The notes under the pieces are model-generated. The model was not told the DNA's origin. It did no database searches and worked only from the letters and a program-made list of their open reading frames with translations. DNA of 64,000 bases from Octopus vulgaris (lineage: Eukaryota): NCBI GenBank assembly GCA_951406725.2, contig OX597835.1:9238001-9302000 (forward strand). Direction: 5' to 3'. This document shows positions 31,756 to 45,681 of the stretch, one piece after another. Made by a program: the position numbers and the translations under genes. Position 1 is the first letter of the stretch. Every line of letters starts with the position of its first letter.

Positions 31756-31772
31756 CTGAAAAATACAAAAGT
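31756..31772 (-). promoter_or_regulatory. Putative splice acceptor for the GPCR exon, implying a 5'UTR intron and an upstream non-coding exon
   Basis: The minus strand reads ttttgtatttttcag|atattt, 211 nt upstream of the ATG, with no ATG in between. Confidence 0.55.
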
Positions 31773-32128
31773 GAATCACCCGTTTAAAATTATTCATAAT
31801 GAGGCATAACTTACAATTGTTTTAAAATTATATTTTCAATCAAAAGAACACTATACAACAGCCTAAACGCACGAAATACAAACTATTTCCTTCGTTTACG
31901 ATAACCTCAATAAATCCTATCACATAACTGTGATAGGATCGATAAATATGAGAAACATAACCATCAACATTTTCAATATAATTTTTAAATTTTGGCACAA
32001 GGACAGCAATTTTACGCGATAGATAAGTGGATCACATGAGCCCCAGTGTTTAACTGCTATTTATATTCTTTACCCTGAAACGATGAACAGCAAATTCGAC
32101 CTCGGAACGAATGTAGGAGAAGTAATAA

Positions 32129-32815
32129 CTCTAGAAATTTATATGTTTCTAACAAATTGAAAAATAATTGTTTCTGACATCTGTAATTTCAGATATTGGT
32201 AAAGCGGGCATAGTTTTTTTATCCTACGCACCTCTTTATCAAATTGAAGAAGAGCAAGGCATCATAGACATGTATCATTTTTAATATTTGCAGTTTTAAG
32301 GTAGATCTACTATCATGTTTGTTGTTATCAAGCTTCATTAGTTCATTCGAATCCCTTACTATACCGTCTACCTGCGTGTGATATCGTTTAATCCCAAGTT
32401 AAAAGACCTAACATAATATTAACGGTATTAAATAAGTGTTCATTCTGTTGTTTTAGTGAGTCTGTATGACTAGCTCATCCAATGATTTTTCTCCCGATGT
32501 AAAGGGTGGAGGGAGAGATGTGAGATGGACTTTTAATTAGTATTTCTAGCAAGTCGCGCGACTGCTGAGACAGTTGGGCTGAACGCTACTGTTATTAAAG
32601 TTGGTGAAGTACAATGTAATTCGATCTATTACATCCGTGTTTAATTTTCGTCGTTCCAAGTTTCAAATGAAAAACAGTTTTTGCCTCCCTCTAGAAATTC
32701 ATATGTTTCTAACAAATTGAAAAATAATTGTTTCTGACATATGTAATTGGAGATATTGGTAAAGCGGGCATAGTTTTTTTTTATCCTATGCACCTCTTTA
32801 TCAAATTGAAGAAGA
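32129..32815. repeat. Direct repeat of ~125 bp (32129-32253 and 32689-32815)
   Basis: ctctagaaatt(t/c)atatgtttctaacaaattg...cacctctttatcaaattgaagaaga occurs twice with only a few differences. Confidence 0.93.
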
Positions 32816-34691
32816 AAGAATGACAAATATTGAATTGTTAGTAAGCGTAATATCAGATGTGGGAAGTAAGGTGTCGTAGTGCTCAACTTGCTATAGTGAA
32901 ATATGTAGGAGAAATAATAACGCCATGATGTAACAATCAACATTGTAAAAGTGTCTGATCTCCTTTATATGTCGACCGTCCGCAACTGTCAACGAGACGT
33001 CGTAATCTAACAGAATGATATTCCACAAAGAAATATGCAGAGAGTGTGAAGAAAAGTGAGAAGCATTCTGAGAAAATGCAAATTGAAACTGCACAAGAAT
33101 ATTGTACTAATTTCTGACGGCACCAGTAACCGCGGTGATGTGAGCAATAACAATGCAATGATTCCGTTTCATGGAACGGGAGAAGTTTTGGTGCTACAAG
33201 TTGAGTGATATGATGTCATACGATGATGATCACGGCGATGTAGAAATTTAGTTGGAAAAATAAATGAAGATCCAAAACAAATGTAAAAGATAAATTATTC
33301 TAAAAATGCAAGAAACCTCAACCCACCAAAATATAAAAATAACTGAAGATGATAGTGGATTTTACTGCGTTGACATAGCTATTGTTTTTACGTAACATAT
33401 ATTTACACAGAAACATTATTGGTTAGTTTCCTTGGAGTGTTAAGAATAAAAAAGCATGGATTAGGGCAGCAGACCTGAAGATAAATTTATAACTATAACT
33501 CCAGAAGTTGAGAAATGCCATAAACACAGGGAATGATATCTTCACTGGAAAACGTGAAGGGTTAACCAAAAATCAATAAGATAGTAGAAAGCTCAACGCT
33601 GAGAGAAGAAAAAGGGCGTAAAATGTTAGAAAATAATAACCGTTCACTGAAAATTTATTGATATCAGTGGAATACTCTCATCAAAAGATATGGAAGAACA
33701 ATTTATCTCAATCACTGGATAGCAATAATCAAAGCCATGAAATCCTCCTGCAATTTATATTTGTATGTTGAATGGAGATAGTCTAAACAAAGGAAGCAAA
33801 TTTACATCCAACACTGAGTGCCTAATCATCAAAGGTATTCGAGACATTTATACATATCCGCTGTTGGATGATTATCAACAAACGAGAGACAGATATATTA
33901 CTCTCGCCGAAGCAGATACGCACCAATAATTCTGATGCTACCTGAGCTAATCCGCATTGCCAAAGCGATATGATTTTATTGCAGTTCAGATTCCTGCATC
34001 CCACTCACTGATTTAAAATCATTTACATGGAAGTGAATACTGAAGTAGCTAGACTAGTGGTAAAATCCTAACCAGTATGATTGAATTTACTGGGCCATCA
34101 AAACGTGATTATAACCACTTGAGATTTATCACAACATCGCCAGGAATAAGGAGATTTCTTTTCATCATTTTTTTATTGCAGTCTTTCTTCTGTGAAATCT
34201 TCTGAATCTATTCAACCATTTCTGATTTAACAAAATAATGGAGAGAAAGTAATAGACATCTTACTTTCTTAATTCCAAGCACGACGCCTTTACGTCAGGA
34301 AGGTACGCACAATTAGTTCTCCGGAGAAGCTCCTAAATCCTTTGCAACAATTTATTTCTAGAATTATTTTTCTTTCTTAAAGCATTTCCGCCTCATTTGA
34401 TTCCAATGTAGATGAGAAAATTGAGACATTGCAATAAAATTCCACAGCAGTAATTACAATTAATCACTGTTGGGAAGTAATTGTCTATTTAGAACTTTAG
34501 CGCAGAGTTGCTCTACATACACAGTAAGATCGACGACCGGTTTTCAAACCTTTCCAAACAATTAGTGAAATAATGTGTAATCCAGAAGAGTATAGATCTA
34601 TACTGAGAAGCTTCTGTCTGTAATAATTAAAGTGTCCATAAACTAATAATACATTTATATGTGTTATGCAGTACTACACTATTTAACTATA

Positions 34692-34924
34692 GGGCGGCGA
34701 GCTGGCAGAAACGTTAGCACGTCGGGCGAAATGCTTTAGCGGTATTTCGTCTGCCGTTACGTTGTGAGTTCAAATTCCGCCGAGGTCGACTTTACCTTTC
34801 ATCCTTTCGGGGTCGATAAATTAAGTACCAGTTACGCACTGGGGTCGATGTAATCGACTTAATCCCTTTGTCTGTCCTTGTTTGTCCCCTCTGTGTTTAG
34901 CCCCTTGTGGGTAGTAAAGAAATA
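34692..34924 (+). mobile_element. tRNA-derived SINE family A, intact, with 13 bp TSD
   Basis: Head ggcggcgagctggcagaaacgttag, B-box-like gagttcaaattcc, central cctttcatcctttcggggtcgataaa (Meta-SINE-like, inference). TSD tacactatttaac at 34675-87 and 34925-37. Confidence 0.92.
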
Positions 34925-35350
34925 TACACTATTTAACAACGGTTCGAACACCTTTCATCTCACTTGATGTTATTGCTGTTTTGTTCTTGTTTAAACCTGA
35001 ACAGTCTTCCGTTCAGCTTCTGCCTATAAAAAGGATGGAAGTTGTCAGCAATAATAATGCCTTATTGTCAATCTCAAAATACAACCCCTACTACTACAAT
35101 ATGAATTGCTCTTGATTTTAAGACTGAAGGCAATGTTTCGAATTAGTTGCTTGTTATTTCTAAGTCTGATAGCTTTGCTTCGCGTTACATGTAAGTTGTC
35201 ATTTGACTTGTTAAAATAGTTTCAAATTTTCCCCTTTCATTAGAACCTACAGCTTAAAAATGATATATGGGACAACATTATTAAGATGGTGATATATTCA
35301 GTGTATGACAACCGAAACCTGAAGTACGGTCGTTGCGGAAATGAGAATAT

Positions 35351-35403
<53 letters not shown>

Positions 35404-35499
35404 TAGTTTCTTACACTGTTTTTGGAATAGCCAAGAATGTGGATCAGGATATTCGGTATGGATTCCATAAGCGATGTATATCTATCATTGAAAAGGAAG

Positions 35500-35835
35500 C
35501 AGTGGAAGGATGATTCTTTCTCAGACGAGTCATCCTGTACATTATTTCCGACCACCAGTTGAGTAAACGTGTGGAGACCACCAAAAGAAGTATTTGACCC
35601 AGACTGCCGTCTTCCAATTGTTAAACATGGGGGAGTATCTGCGATGATCTGGGAGGCTATATCTTGGAATCCACCGTCACAGTGGTTTCTCATATTGGCT
35701 ACTTAAGCATTTTATCTGGAAAAATTCATCCTATGCGGAACTGCTTCCAGAGAGAAACACAGTCTTTCAGGATGATAATACATCAATTCACACAGCTAAA
35801 ATTGTTACTGAATGGCACGAGGAATATTCTAGTGA
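35500..35835 (+). mobile_element. Tc1-like transposase fragment
   Basis: Manual translation gives FSDES (~35518), PIVKHGGVSAMIWEAISW (~35614) and FQDDNTSIHTAKIVTEW (~35765), matching the Tc1 catalytic-domain motifs. Confidence 0.85.
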
Positions 35836-35852
35836 TTTTTTTCGAAATTTCC

Positions 35853-36079
35853 GGGTGTCAACAGAACGGCCCGCTCGTGAAATCAACGTGTATACTTGAC
35901 GTAGTTTCCGGAGAAATTCAGCGTGACACAGAGTGTGATAAGTTTGGCCCTTTTCTGACAAGTTTTGTCGGGCCGAGGCTATAGTAGAAAACACTTACTC
36001 AAGGTGCCACGCAGTGGGACTAAACGCGGAACCACGTGGTTGGTAAGGAAGCTACGTACCCTACAGTCACTCCTGCGCC
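35853..36079 (-). mobile_element. SINE with family-C head and family-B-like tail
   Basis: 35965-36079 matches the 5' part of the 42336 and 62842 SINEs. 35853-35950 matches the 3' part of the 41177 SINE (tgtcacgctgaat...tacac...tttcacgagc). Confidence 0.7.
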
Positions 36080-36080
36080 C

Positions 36081-36131
<51 letters not shown>

Positions 36132-36208
36132 ATAATATAAATATGCATATATACATACTTATATGTACATTCCTACATATATATGAACAAAATATATGAA
36201 CAAAATGA

Positions 36209-36441
36209 AGGCGGCGAGCTGGCAGAAACGTTAGCCCGCCGGGCGAAATGCGTAGCCGTATTTCGTCTGCCGTTACGTTCTGAGTTCAAATTCCGCCGAG
36301 GTCGACTTTACCTTTCATCCTTTCGGGGTCGATAAATTAAGCACCAGTTACGCACTGGGGTCGATGTAATCGACTTAATCCGTTTGTCTGTCCATGATTG
36401 TCCCCTCTATGTTTATCCCCTTGTGGGTAGTAAAGAAATAT
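36209..36441 (+). mobile_element. SINE family A, intact, with 17 bp TSD
   Basis: Near-identical to the 34692 copy. TSD atatatgaacaaaatga at 36192-36208 and 36442-58. Confidence 0.92.
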
Positions 36442-36873
36442 ATATATGAACAAAATGAGAAACGAGAACAGAAAAAAAAACATGGAAAACGAACTTTTTT
36501 TTTGAACAACGAAAAAAATAAATAGAGAAACGAGACAAACAACATAAAGAACATTCATCAGTTGTCCCCCTTTTTAAAATCTGTTCTGCATTTCGACGCG
36601 CGCGCCCACACACAAACACACACACACACATACACACAGAGGCAGATGCGTATACGTACATGTGCACAAACACAAAATTACATATATATATATATATATA
36701 TATATAGATTTTTTTCTCTTAAGAGAAAAAAATCTATCAGAAAGGAACTCTATCTCTCTTAAAAAAATTTCTTTTGATAAGCATAAAAAATCCGCAACCG
36801 GTAAAAAGAACTTTCACCTAATTGAATACACTCTCCCTTACTTAAATTATTTTGTCAGCATTTACTTCATTTC

Positions 36874-36928
<55 letters not shown>

Positions 36929-36952
36929 ATGTGTGTATATGTGTATATATGC

Positions 36953-37019
<67 letters not shown>

Positions 37020-37406
37020 CGTGTGGTGAATGTGTACTTTTATAAAAATTATTGAGAAATATACAGAGAATATAATAACTAATCACGTTCTGGCATGACT
37101 ATGAATGCCTGTCTCTTGCACTTTCTACGACCTAAACAGTCGTAGAGAGATTGGAATCACTTCAGTGGCTATTTTCGAAGCGAACAGCGCACAACGCGAA
37201 GTTATTTATTGAAGAATCTATTGTTGTAGACTCAGACCAAGTTTTGCTGAAAATATCTCAAATATGTTGCCTATTGACCACTTAATTAATCGGACACCAG
37301 TTCCCTCCCGATCATAATAGTTATTACGATCTGCAGACCGGTAGCCATACCAAATTTACATATGTGTGTGTGTGTGTGTCTATACACATACACAAACATA
37401 CACACG

Positions 37407-37503
<97 letters not shown>

Positions 37504-37661
37504 ATTTATATGTATGTATGTATGTATGTATACATATGTAAATATACATACATGTAAACATACATAAGCGTACATAGCTACGCTGTTTCTTTTCTACATA
37601 GGTAACAGCAGGCACTGCCACAGGCATAAAGATATATATCCAATATCCATATGCAAGATTC

Positions 37662-37696
<35 letters not shown>

Positions 37697-38423
37697 CATA
37701 TAAATATATATATATCTGTGTGTGTGTATGTATGTACGTATGTATGTATGTATGTATGTATGTATGTATGTATGTATAGCGTTATGTGTGTATGTGAGTG
37801 TGTTTACATATATATATTATCTGTCGCGCTAAAGTGCACTAAATGGAGGGGAATGGCAGAGTAGATTCTTGGTGAACCACAGAGACAGGGTGAAAGGAAA
37901 GATTTTGCGTGATAAGTTGGAGTGTAGAGTGGCAGAATTACAATGGAAGAATAAGGAGGAGAAATAGAATAGAAAGATGAGAGAGATAGAGAAGACGGAT
38001 GAAGTGGGAAAATGGGAAAGGAAGAAAGACAACCTGTATGAAAGAGGGAAAATATCGTAAAATGTCGGAATGTATGAAATTTTAGGAAAAAAAAATATGT
38101 TGAAATATGAGAGTAAGAAGAAAAATCAAATGAGAAAAAGAATTTCATATTTCAAAGACTGCTATTCTCCGGCACATATTCCACACACACGAACACATGC
38201 ATATATATTTCCCCAAAAACATGTGTCTACCAATTGTCATGCCTACATGTACTTTTACATGCGTGTATATGCCTAATTTGCATATCCCTCCTCTTGCTCT
38301 CTCTCTCTCTAGAAATATAACTCTTATTATAAAAGGCAGATTTTATCTTCCTCCCTTTGTCTCTTATAGAAATCTACAATATAGGATTTCTTCAATTACA
38401 ATTTACCTTGTATATATATATAT

Positions 38424-38467
<44 letters not shown>

Positions 38468-38507
38468 TATGTATATATACATATATATGTACATATATAT
38501 ATATATA

Positions 38508-38553
<46 letters not shown>

Positions 38554-38609
38554 TGTATATATATAATATATATGTATCTATATAATATATATGTATATAT
38601 GTATATATG

Positions 38610-38654
<45 letters not shown>

Positions 38655-39829
38655 GTGTGTGTATGTATGTATTATGTATGTGTATATATGCATATATGGG
38701 TACAGGACGTCACGAAACGTGTACGACAAAAACATACGAAGCACGAGTATATGGAACGTGAACTATTCTTTCGAACAACGAAAGACATAAATGAAAAACA
38801 AATTAAACAGCATAAAGAACAACCCTTCATTGGTTGTTTACTGTTTTTCTAGTCTCTGATTTCGTGCATTCAACAATATTATACGCTTTAGATAAAACAG
38901 CTGCTCCCGCAAAGCAAATTAGATAAAATTTTGGATTTTGTGGAGGGACAAAATAGGCAATACAAATATAGACAAGACAGTGAAGGACTGCTAAGCCTAA
39001 ACAAGGTTACGGTGGCGAACACGTAAACGAAGCTCTGACAGGAGACAAACAAGAACACGTCTTCCTTTATTAAGCTAAAACGGGGAGAAAGAAAGAAACA
39101 TGACCACGAATTGTATTGATGTGCACGATGTAAGATCAATGAGGAAGGGGAGATATGGATACATAATTGTCAATAATGAGTGGGTCGTGATGGTAGGTTT
39201 TGAGAGTGATTGAGAAACAAAGCATTTATGAGAGGTGTTTAGAACAGAGAATAATCGAGGACTGGGAGAGCCTTGGATGAAGACACAAAAAAGCATAATA
39301 TTGGTGGAAATGGTGTGGCCAGGGTTGATGAAGAATGGAAATAGTTGCGTGAGAGGAGACTGTTATGAAGGGGATTCAGTTTTCAGGTGAGTACAACAGT
39401 AGTATAGATGAGTGGGGGGCTGAAAATCGAAGTAAACTTGACATGTCTGAGAGGGAAATGAGTAAATAAACAAGGAAGAACAATTTCTCGTGTGAACTTG
39501 GATTATCCATATACAAAAATATTTTCTCCGTTATACCTTCTGCGTCCTTATCCTGCACTAGAGACATCAAGTGGAATTATTTCTGTCTACTGCTTTCTTA
39601 AATATTACTTGAATTCGGTTGGGCTATATCTGTTTTCTTACTTACTAGGACCTTAGTCTTTGCGATGTTGACTTTAAAACACACTGATTTTAGATTTTAC
39701 CTCCACACCAGGAATTTGTCTTTAAGTATGATACAGACACTTCTATTCGAGCGAGACCATCAGCATATAGTAATTCCTTGGTGCAGCCCGTCTTAAATAT
39801 TTAGTTATCGTCTGGAGAATGATGACAAT

Positions 39830-40025
39830 TCTGAGTGAACTGAGAACCGCATACTAGTGAACACTATGAGTACATTAACTTTGCTACAACAATCATGGCT
39901 AACATTCACCGCTCTAGAAGCTCCCCATTTCCTTGTACATGGTTTGTACAGCTTTCACAAGCCATGTTTCCATCCTTAGCTTCCTTAGAGAAAACCGCAT
40001 CACAGAGCGATGAACTTTCTCGGGG
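39830..40025 (-). mobile_element. RTE-like LINE reverse transcriptase fragment
   Basis: EKVHRSVMRFSLRKLRMETWLVKAVQTMY and a downstream VH*YAVLSSL resemble RT motifs DRVPR..IW..LRKLGV.EWLV.AVQ.MY and VHQGSVLSPL. Confidence 0.7.
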
Positions 40026-40163
40026 TTAATGGGAGGCTGTCGAAGGATAAGAATTTCGAAACTTCGATAACTGGAGTAAAATATTGACCCATGGTGACTT
40101 CCGAAGTACATAGTTGTAAATAGGTATAGTATATTCTTCCGCCCTAGAATAATTTATTATACA

Positions 40164-40242
<79 letters not shown>

Positions 40243-40259
40243 ATATCTATCTATCTGTG

Positions 40260-40316
<57 letters not shown>

Positions 40317-41176
40317 GTCTGTCTGTCTGTCTGTCTATCTATCGATTTGCCTATCAATTTGCCTATCTATCTATCTGTCTATCTATCTATCCATGTATCT
40401 ATCTATCTATATATTTATCTGTCTGTCTGTCTGCCTATATATCTACGTATCTATCTATACATACATATATATATAGTCGGTAGAAAGAGAGCAATAATTG
40501 GTGGCTGCTGTTATGTAAAGGCATGTGTCTATGTGTGTGTGTGTGTGTATGCGTATGTGTATATTTGTAACGAAATTTATATAATATATAAGTTATATGT
40601 GTATGCATCTACGGAAGAATGCATTCGTAATTTTACAATTATGCATATCCCATGATCATAGAGCACAAACTTGTATGAATATATTTTTAAATGTGTATAT
40701 TTAAAGAATTGTGTTTCCGTACATAATGAAATGAAAGTAAAAAATATATTTCTACTCTTCTTTAGAATGAATGCAAAAAGATAGCCTTCATTATTGGCAA
40801 CGCATTATCTATATTTCAAACACAGTATATCTTTTAATATTTATCCAGAGTCTCATATATATTTTATCGTTCAGTTAAACTTCAAAAAAAAACGTTGTTT
40901 ACGAAAGCATATATTAAATAAGGCCAGAAAAGAAATTAAATAGAAGTTTTAAAATAAAGTTTGTGCACCTCTAAACCAATTAAATTTTAGATGATTTTAT
41001 TTGTATACGTTTGAAACGAAACAAAATTACTTCAAAGCAAAGTTTGTTTTGCATGTTTTTGCTTTTGTTGTTTTTTTTGCTGCAATACCGTTGAGCTGTG
41101 AGGATGCTAAATTAATATAATAAAAACCTCAGATCCTAAAATATATTGGTTTCGTAAGTGTTTAAGTATGTTTCAG

Positions 41177-41561
41177 AGGCGCAATGGCCCAGTGGTTAGG
41201 GCAGCGGACTCGCGGTCGTAGGATCGCGGTTTCGATTCCAAGACAGGGCGTTGTGAGTGTTTATTGAGCGAAAACACCTAAAAGAAGGCTCCACGAGACT
41301 CCGGCAGGGGATGGTGGTGATCCCTGCCGTACTCTGTCACCACAACTTTCTCTCACTCTTACGTCCTGTTTCTGTTGTACCTGTATTTCAACGGGCCGGC
41401 CTTGTCACTCTCTGTGTCACGCTGAATATCCCCGAGAACTACGTTAAGGGTACACGTGTCTGTGGAGTGCTCAGCCACTTACACGTTAATTTCACGAGCA
41501 GGCTGTTCCGTTGATTCGGATCAACCGGAACCCTCGTCGTCGAAACCGACGGAGTGCTTCC
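41177..41561 (+). mobile_element. tRNA-derived SINE family B, full length, with 13 bp TSD
   Basis: A-box tggcccagtggttag and B-box ggtttcgattcc. TSD aagtatgtttcag at 41164-76 and 41562-74. Confidence 0.92.
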
Positions 41562-42335
41562 AAGTATGTTTCAGTTCAGCCATCGGTGTATACTTGCGGG
41601 AGAAAACCTGAGCTTTTTATTGAAACAGTTTATTGGGTAAGCAACTGAAAAGACGTCTATTCTTAACTAGTCACCGATACAGTACGTTCCAATTTCCAAA
41701 GCACTCGTCTCTACTTATTTAAACACCGTCAGCTATAAATGTTTCAATGGTATTCTTTCAGAACATCTCAATAGACTCCAATTCGTGAATATTTTAGGAA
41801 CCTAACCAAATTGCCACTTGAACCAAGAAAAGAATAAATTATTATTTTATAGTATTTTAAACCAAGAACTACTCCAAGATGCCACCTTCATAACTCTATT
41901 ACATTCAACGAAATTTTCTTGCATTTGAATGCAAGAGCTCCCATAATGTCGCATTAAGATTGAAAAGCACCAAAAACCTGCTGCCAAAATTCGGGACTGT
42001 CAAAACTCATCTGTTCCAAGTGAAAAACTTTACAGTTTTGAATGTTACTACCAAAGGCGTAGAAGTATCAATTCACACATTTCTCTCGTTCCATAAAATA
42101 TCCCTTTTCTGTTTAACTGCTTTTATTATCTTCTGGTGAAAATATTTTTAAACATGACAGTGACAGGCATTTAGTGTTTCTGAACTTGAACTGAAGAATT
42201 CACTTCTCTGTCACACTCACCTCTAGACATTTTGTTAAAATCTTACCTTAAGAATTGCTTAAATTTCACACGACAATTTATGGCATAAAATATACTGGTA
42301 GTATTGTCTTATGTCACAAAATTTAAATGATCAAT

Positions 42336-42735
42336 GAACGTGGCTGTGTGGTATGTAGCTTGCTTACCAACCACATGGTTCCGGGTTCAGTCCCACAGCG
42401 TGGCATCTTGGGCAAGTGTCTTCTGCTATAGCCCCGGGCCGACCAATGCCTTGTGAGTGGATTTGGTAGACGGAAACTGAAAGAAGCCTGTCGTATATAT
42501 GTATGTAAATGTGTGTGTGTGTATGTGTGTATGTGTTTGTGTGTCTGTGCTTGTCCCCCTAGCATTGGTTGACAACCGATGCTGGTGTGTTTACGTCCCC
42601 GTCACCTAGCGGTTCGGCAAAAGAGACCAATAGAATAAGTACTGGGCTTACAAAGAATAAGTCCCGGGGTCGATTCGCTCGACTAAAGGCGGTGTTCCAG
42701 CATGGCCGCAGTCAAATGACTGAAACAAGTAATAG
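42336..42735 (+). mobile_element. tRNA-derived SINE family C with CORE-like segment and internal (TG)n
   Basis: tggctgtgtggta, gggttcagtccc and cttgggcaagtgtctt. A near-identical inverted copy lies at 62842-63223. Confidence 0.9.
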
Positions 42736-44252
42736 AGAGAAAAGAGAAAGAGAAAACCCCCAAAAGATTTAAGTCATAGAAGCTTTGCAATAATTAAACA
42801 TTAAAATGCATTTCAAAAGGAAAATACAAAATGAACCACATAAAGTTTCCTGTGAGTGTAGACATTTAGTTTAACTTTAAAACATATTGCTTCACATATT
42901 CGACATTTGTGTAGCGCTGGTTGCCTCGGCTATTCAATAAAATAATGAGGATCGATGTTGTCATGTTTATGTTGGGATTATTTTTGTAGTTGTCGTTGTT
43001 TGAACCAATGTTTTGTGCTTGTTTGCGTGAGGGTGTGTGAAATGCATTACAGCCACCATGACAAATTCGTCTTTCACACAAATATAATGTACCTCGCTTT
43101 TATCTTCTAATATGCTCTCCCTCGCAGAAAAGGATACGAACGAGCTACAGAAGTCCATTCAATGGATCCTTTACACCATGACGGTAACAAAGGATCAAAT
43201 ATATCTCATAATAGCAAAACTTGCAAGAAATATGAGCTGAAGGTGCAATGCAAACACAACAGATGTGTTTTCCTTTAAGATTTGCATTATTGATTAATAA
43301 GAAACCCGCTGCTATATTTTGCAGCAACGCCAGCACTGTAATATATTTTGTTTCCTTATATATTCAACATCAGGAGAGGATGTTACATGGATTCTATATC
43401 TGCCACCTAAGAATATTTCAATTATAATTCATGATAGGTTTGGCATATATATATTTCGGTTACCTTTCCAATTCCGCTGTCAGAATATTATGACATATTC
43501 CAATAAAACCCGGGAAACGCTCATCTAAAATGCAACATGTTTCTTAGAACCGTATTGCAAAGACACATCTATAGCATTTCATCCACCCACTGTTTCTTTC
43601 TTCTCTCATTCTCTACTTCACTTTGCCTATACATATATGTATGTGTGTCTGTGTTGTGTGAGTGTGTGTGTGTGTGCGCATGTGTTTATAAGCTGTATAT
43701 CGTCAGGTGCCTTTTAACAACAAGATCACATGCACTGGTTCTATATCTGATAATTATTTGTTAACTACTTTGATAATTATACAACGAACTAATCGTTGCC
43801 TTAATTAATGATTTGATGAATGAATGAATCGGTTTATCAGAGGCGTTTCGTTTTCATTCGTGAGCTTGTCAGTTTATTCCAGTTCTGGACGGCACGAATG
43901 TATACAAAACCGAATATTATGTTTATAAAAAGTGCTTGGATACATTGCGACAAAACAGCCACAAAGGTGACAGACGAGTGAGAAGATGGCTTGCAGGGTT
44001 GAATCGAACAACTCGTCACGGTACTATTTTGCTTTTTAAGTTTCATATCTATACTTCTGCTACCGAATGCCAAACTGCAAAATATATGGGGTGTAAACAA
44101 ACCAACAGTGGTTTTTGAGCGCTATGAGGCTAAACACACACACGCACACACACATATTTACTCACTAAATATTAGTTGGAGCGGAACTAAATTAGAAGCT
44201 CTTTAATAAAGGTTCCACGTTATTATATAATACTTCATACAAGCACACACAC

Positions 44253-44291
<39 letters not shown>

Positions 44292-44352
44292 TAAACACAG
44301 GCACACACTAGAGGCCAGTGACATCAGCTATCAACATCTTTTCTCCATAAAC

Positions 44353-44388
44353 TTCATGAAGAAGGGACTCTAGCACCGAAATATTGAA
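44353..44388 (+). ncRNA. Degenerate minimal hammerhead-like motif in a ~180 bp insert between (CA)n tracts
   Basis: ttc-aTGAAGA-a-gg..cc-GAAA-ta-tt-gaa, with C3 replaced by A. Same layout as the 22 kb motifs. Confidence 0.35.
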
Positions 44389-44469
44389 ATACTAGGTAAC
44401 AGTAAGCATCAACTTGTACTATCTAGGTTTTTATAACTTGCACTGCTTTGGCGTTAAGATATTTTAAAC

Positions 44470-44529
<60 letters not shown>

Positions 44530-44664
44530 ATTCATACAAGAGAAGTCAAAAATTATCCACACTTCCGCCAAAAGTTTGTTTACGTTCACCGTAATATCAT
44601 TAGTGCTCACGTGCTAAAAGATGGGACACTTTCGGTTACATAACCGAAGTTTCACCTTGATCGG

Positions 44665-45013
44665 TGAAAGGTATCATCCGGCTATGACTGACCATGGGAT
44701 TGCACCTAGAATGTTACCCTCCGAGGCACAAGTTTCGACAAAATTTTTATGGACGACCTGTAGTCGCCCATGTATGACAGACTCGTTTCTCATCGCCACC
44801 GATGTTATCCAAGGGAAAGGCAAATGGGCCGATACAGCTTGATCCCGGTGATGTCACAACTCATTTCTACACCTGAGTGAATTGGAGCGTCGTGAAATAA
44901 AGTGTCTCGCTTCAGAACAAAACAAGCAGTTGGGTCCGAGAATCGAACTCATGATTGAGTTTAATATTACTTATGATTGTAAAACCGACGCTCTAATCAG
45001 TGAGCCATGCACC
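44665..45013 (-). mobile_element. tRNA-derived SINE (family D)
   Basis: The minus strand has tggctcactgattagagcgtcgg (A box), gagttcgattctc (B box) and a CORE-like ctgaagcgagacacttt. The 3' boundary is uncertain. Confidence 0.7.
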
Positions 45014-45647
45014 TTTACATATGTATATATGTAAATATGTATGTGTGTGTGTGTGCCTGTGTGTGTGTGTGTGCCTGTGTGTGAGTGTGTGTGTATGTAT
45101 ATATATATATATGTATATATATGTATGTATATATAAAATTTTGTAAACGAACCAGAAAGTATTTGTAAGTTATGGAGAGAAACCTACTATGGAAGTCTCA
45201 TAGTGCAATAATAACATATATTCTCCGTTTTGAAGCGAAAATTTTTAAATACAAAGAAATTACCAAAAACCGATGAGCTACCCGAATCGAACCCACAAAC
45301 CAACGTTAAGTTGGCGTTGTCGATAACATATGTGTCCTTATGTATAAACATATAGATATATAGATACACACATACGCACATACATACATACATACATACA
45401 TACATACATGAATGTATGTACGTTTGTATGTATGCGCGTATGTGTGTATGTGTATATTCATTTATATATTTATGCATAAGCACACAAATATATTATTAAC
45501 ATTGTTGAACTCATTATAAATACTGAATATTTAAGTGTTTGTAGCTATATGTAGCAAAGAGAAAAGATGGAAGGTGAAAAGGAGGAGCAAGTAAATCAAT
45601 AAGGAGAAGTGAACAGAATGGCATAGCTTAGGACGAGAATGTAAATA

Positions 45648-45649
<2 letters not shown>

Positions 45650-45681
<32 letters not shown>

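Noticed and set aside
31541-31768. Lys/Arg-rich ORF whose stop overlaps the GPCR start codon
   Set aside because: It starts at a non-ATG codon inside the putative intron and reflects a purine-rich 5'UTR, so it is not a credible uORF.
41177-41255. tRNA-like sequence with A and B boxes
   Set aside because: It is the head of a 385 bp SINE bounded by a TSD, not a standalone tRNA gene.
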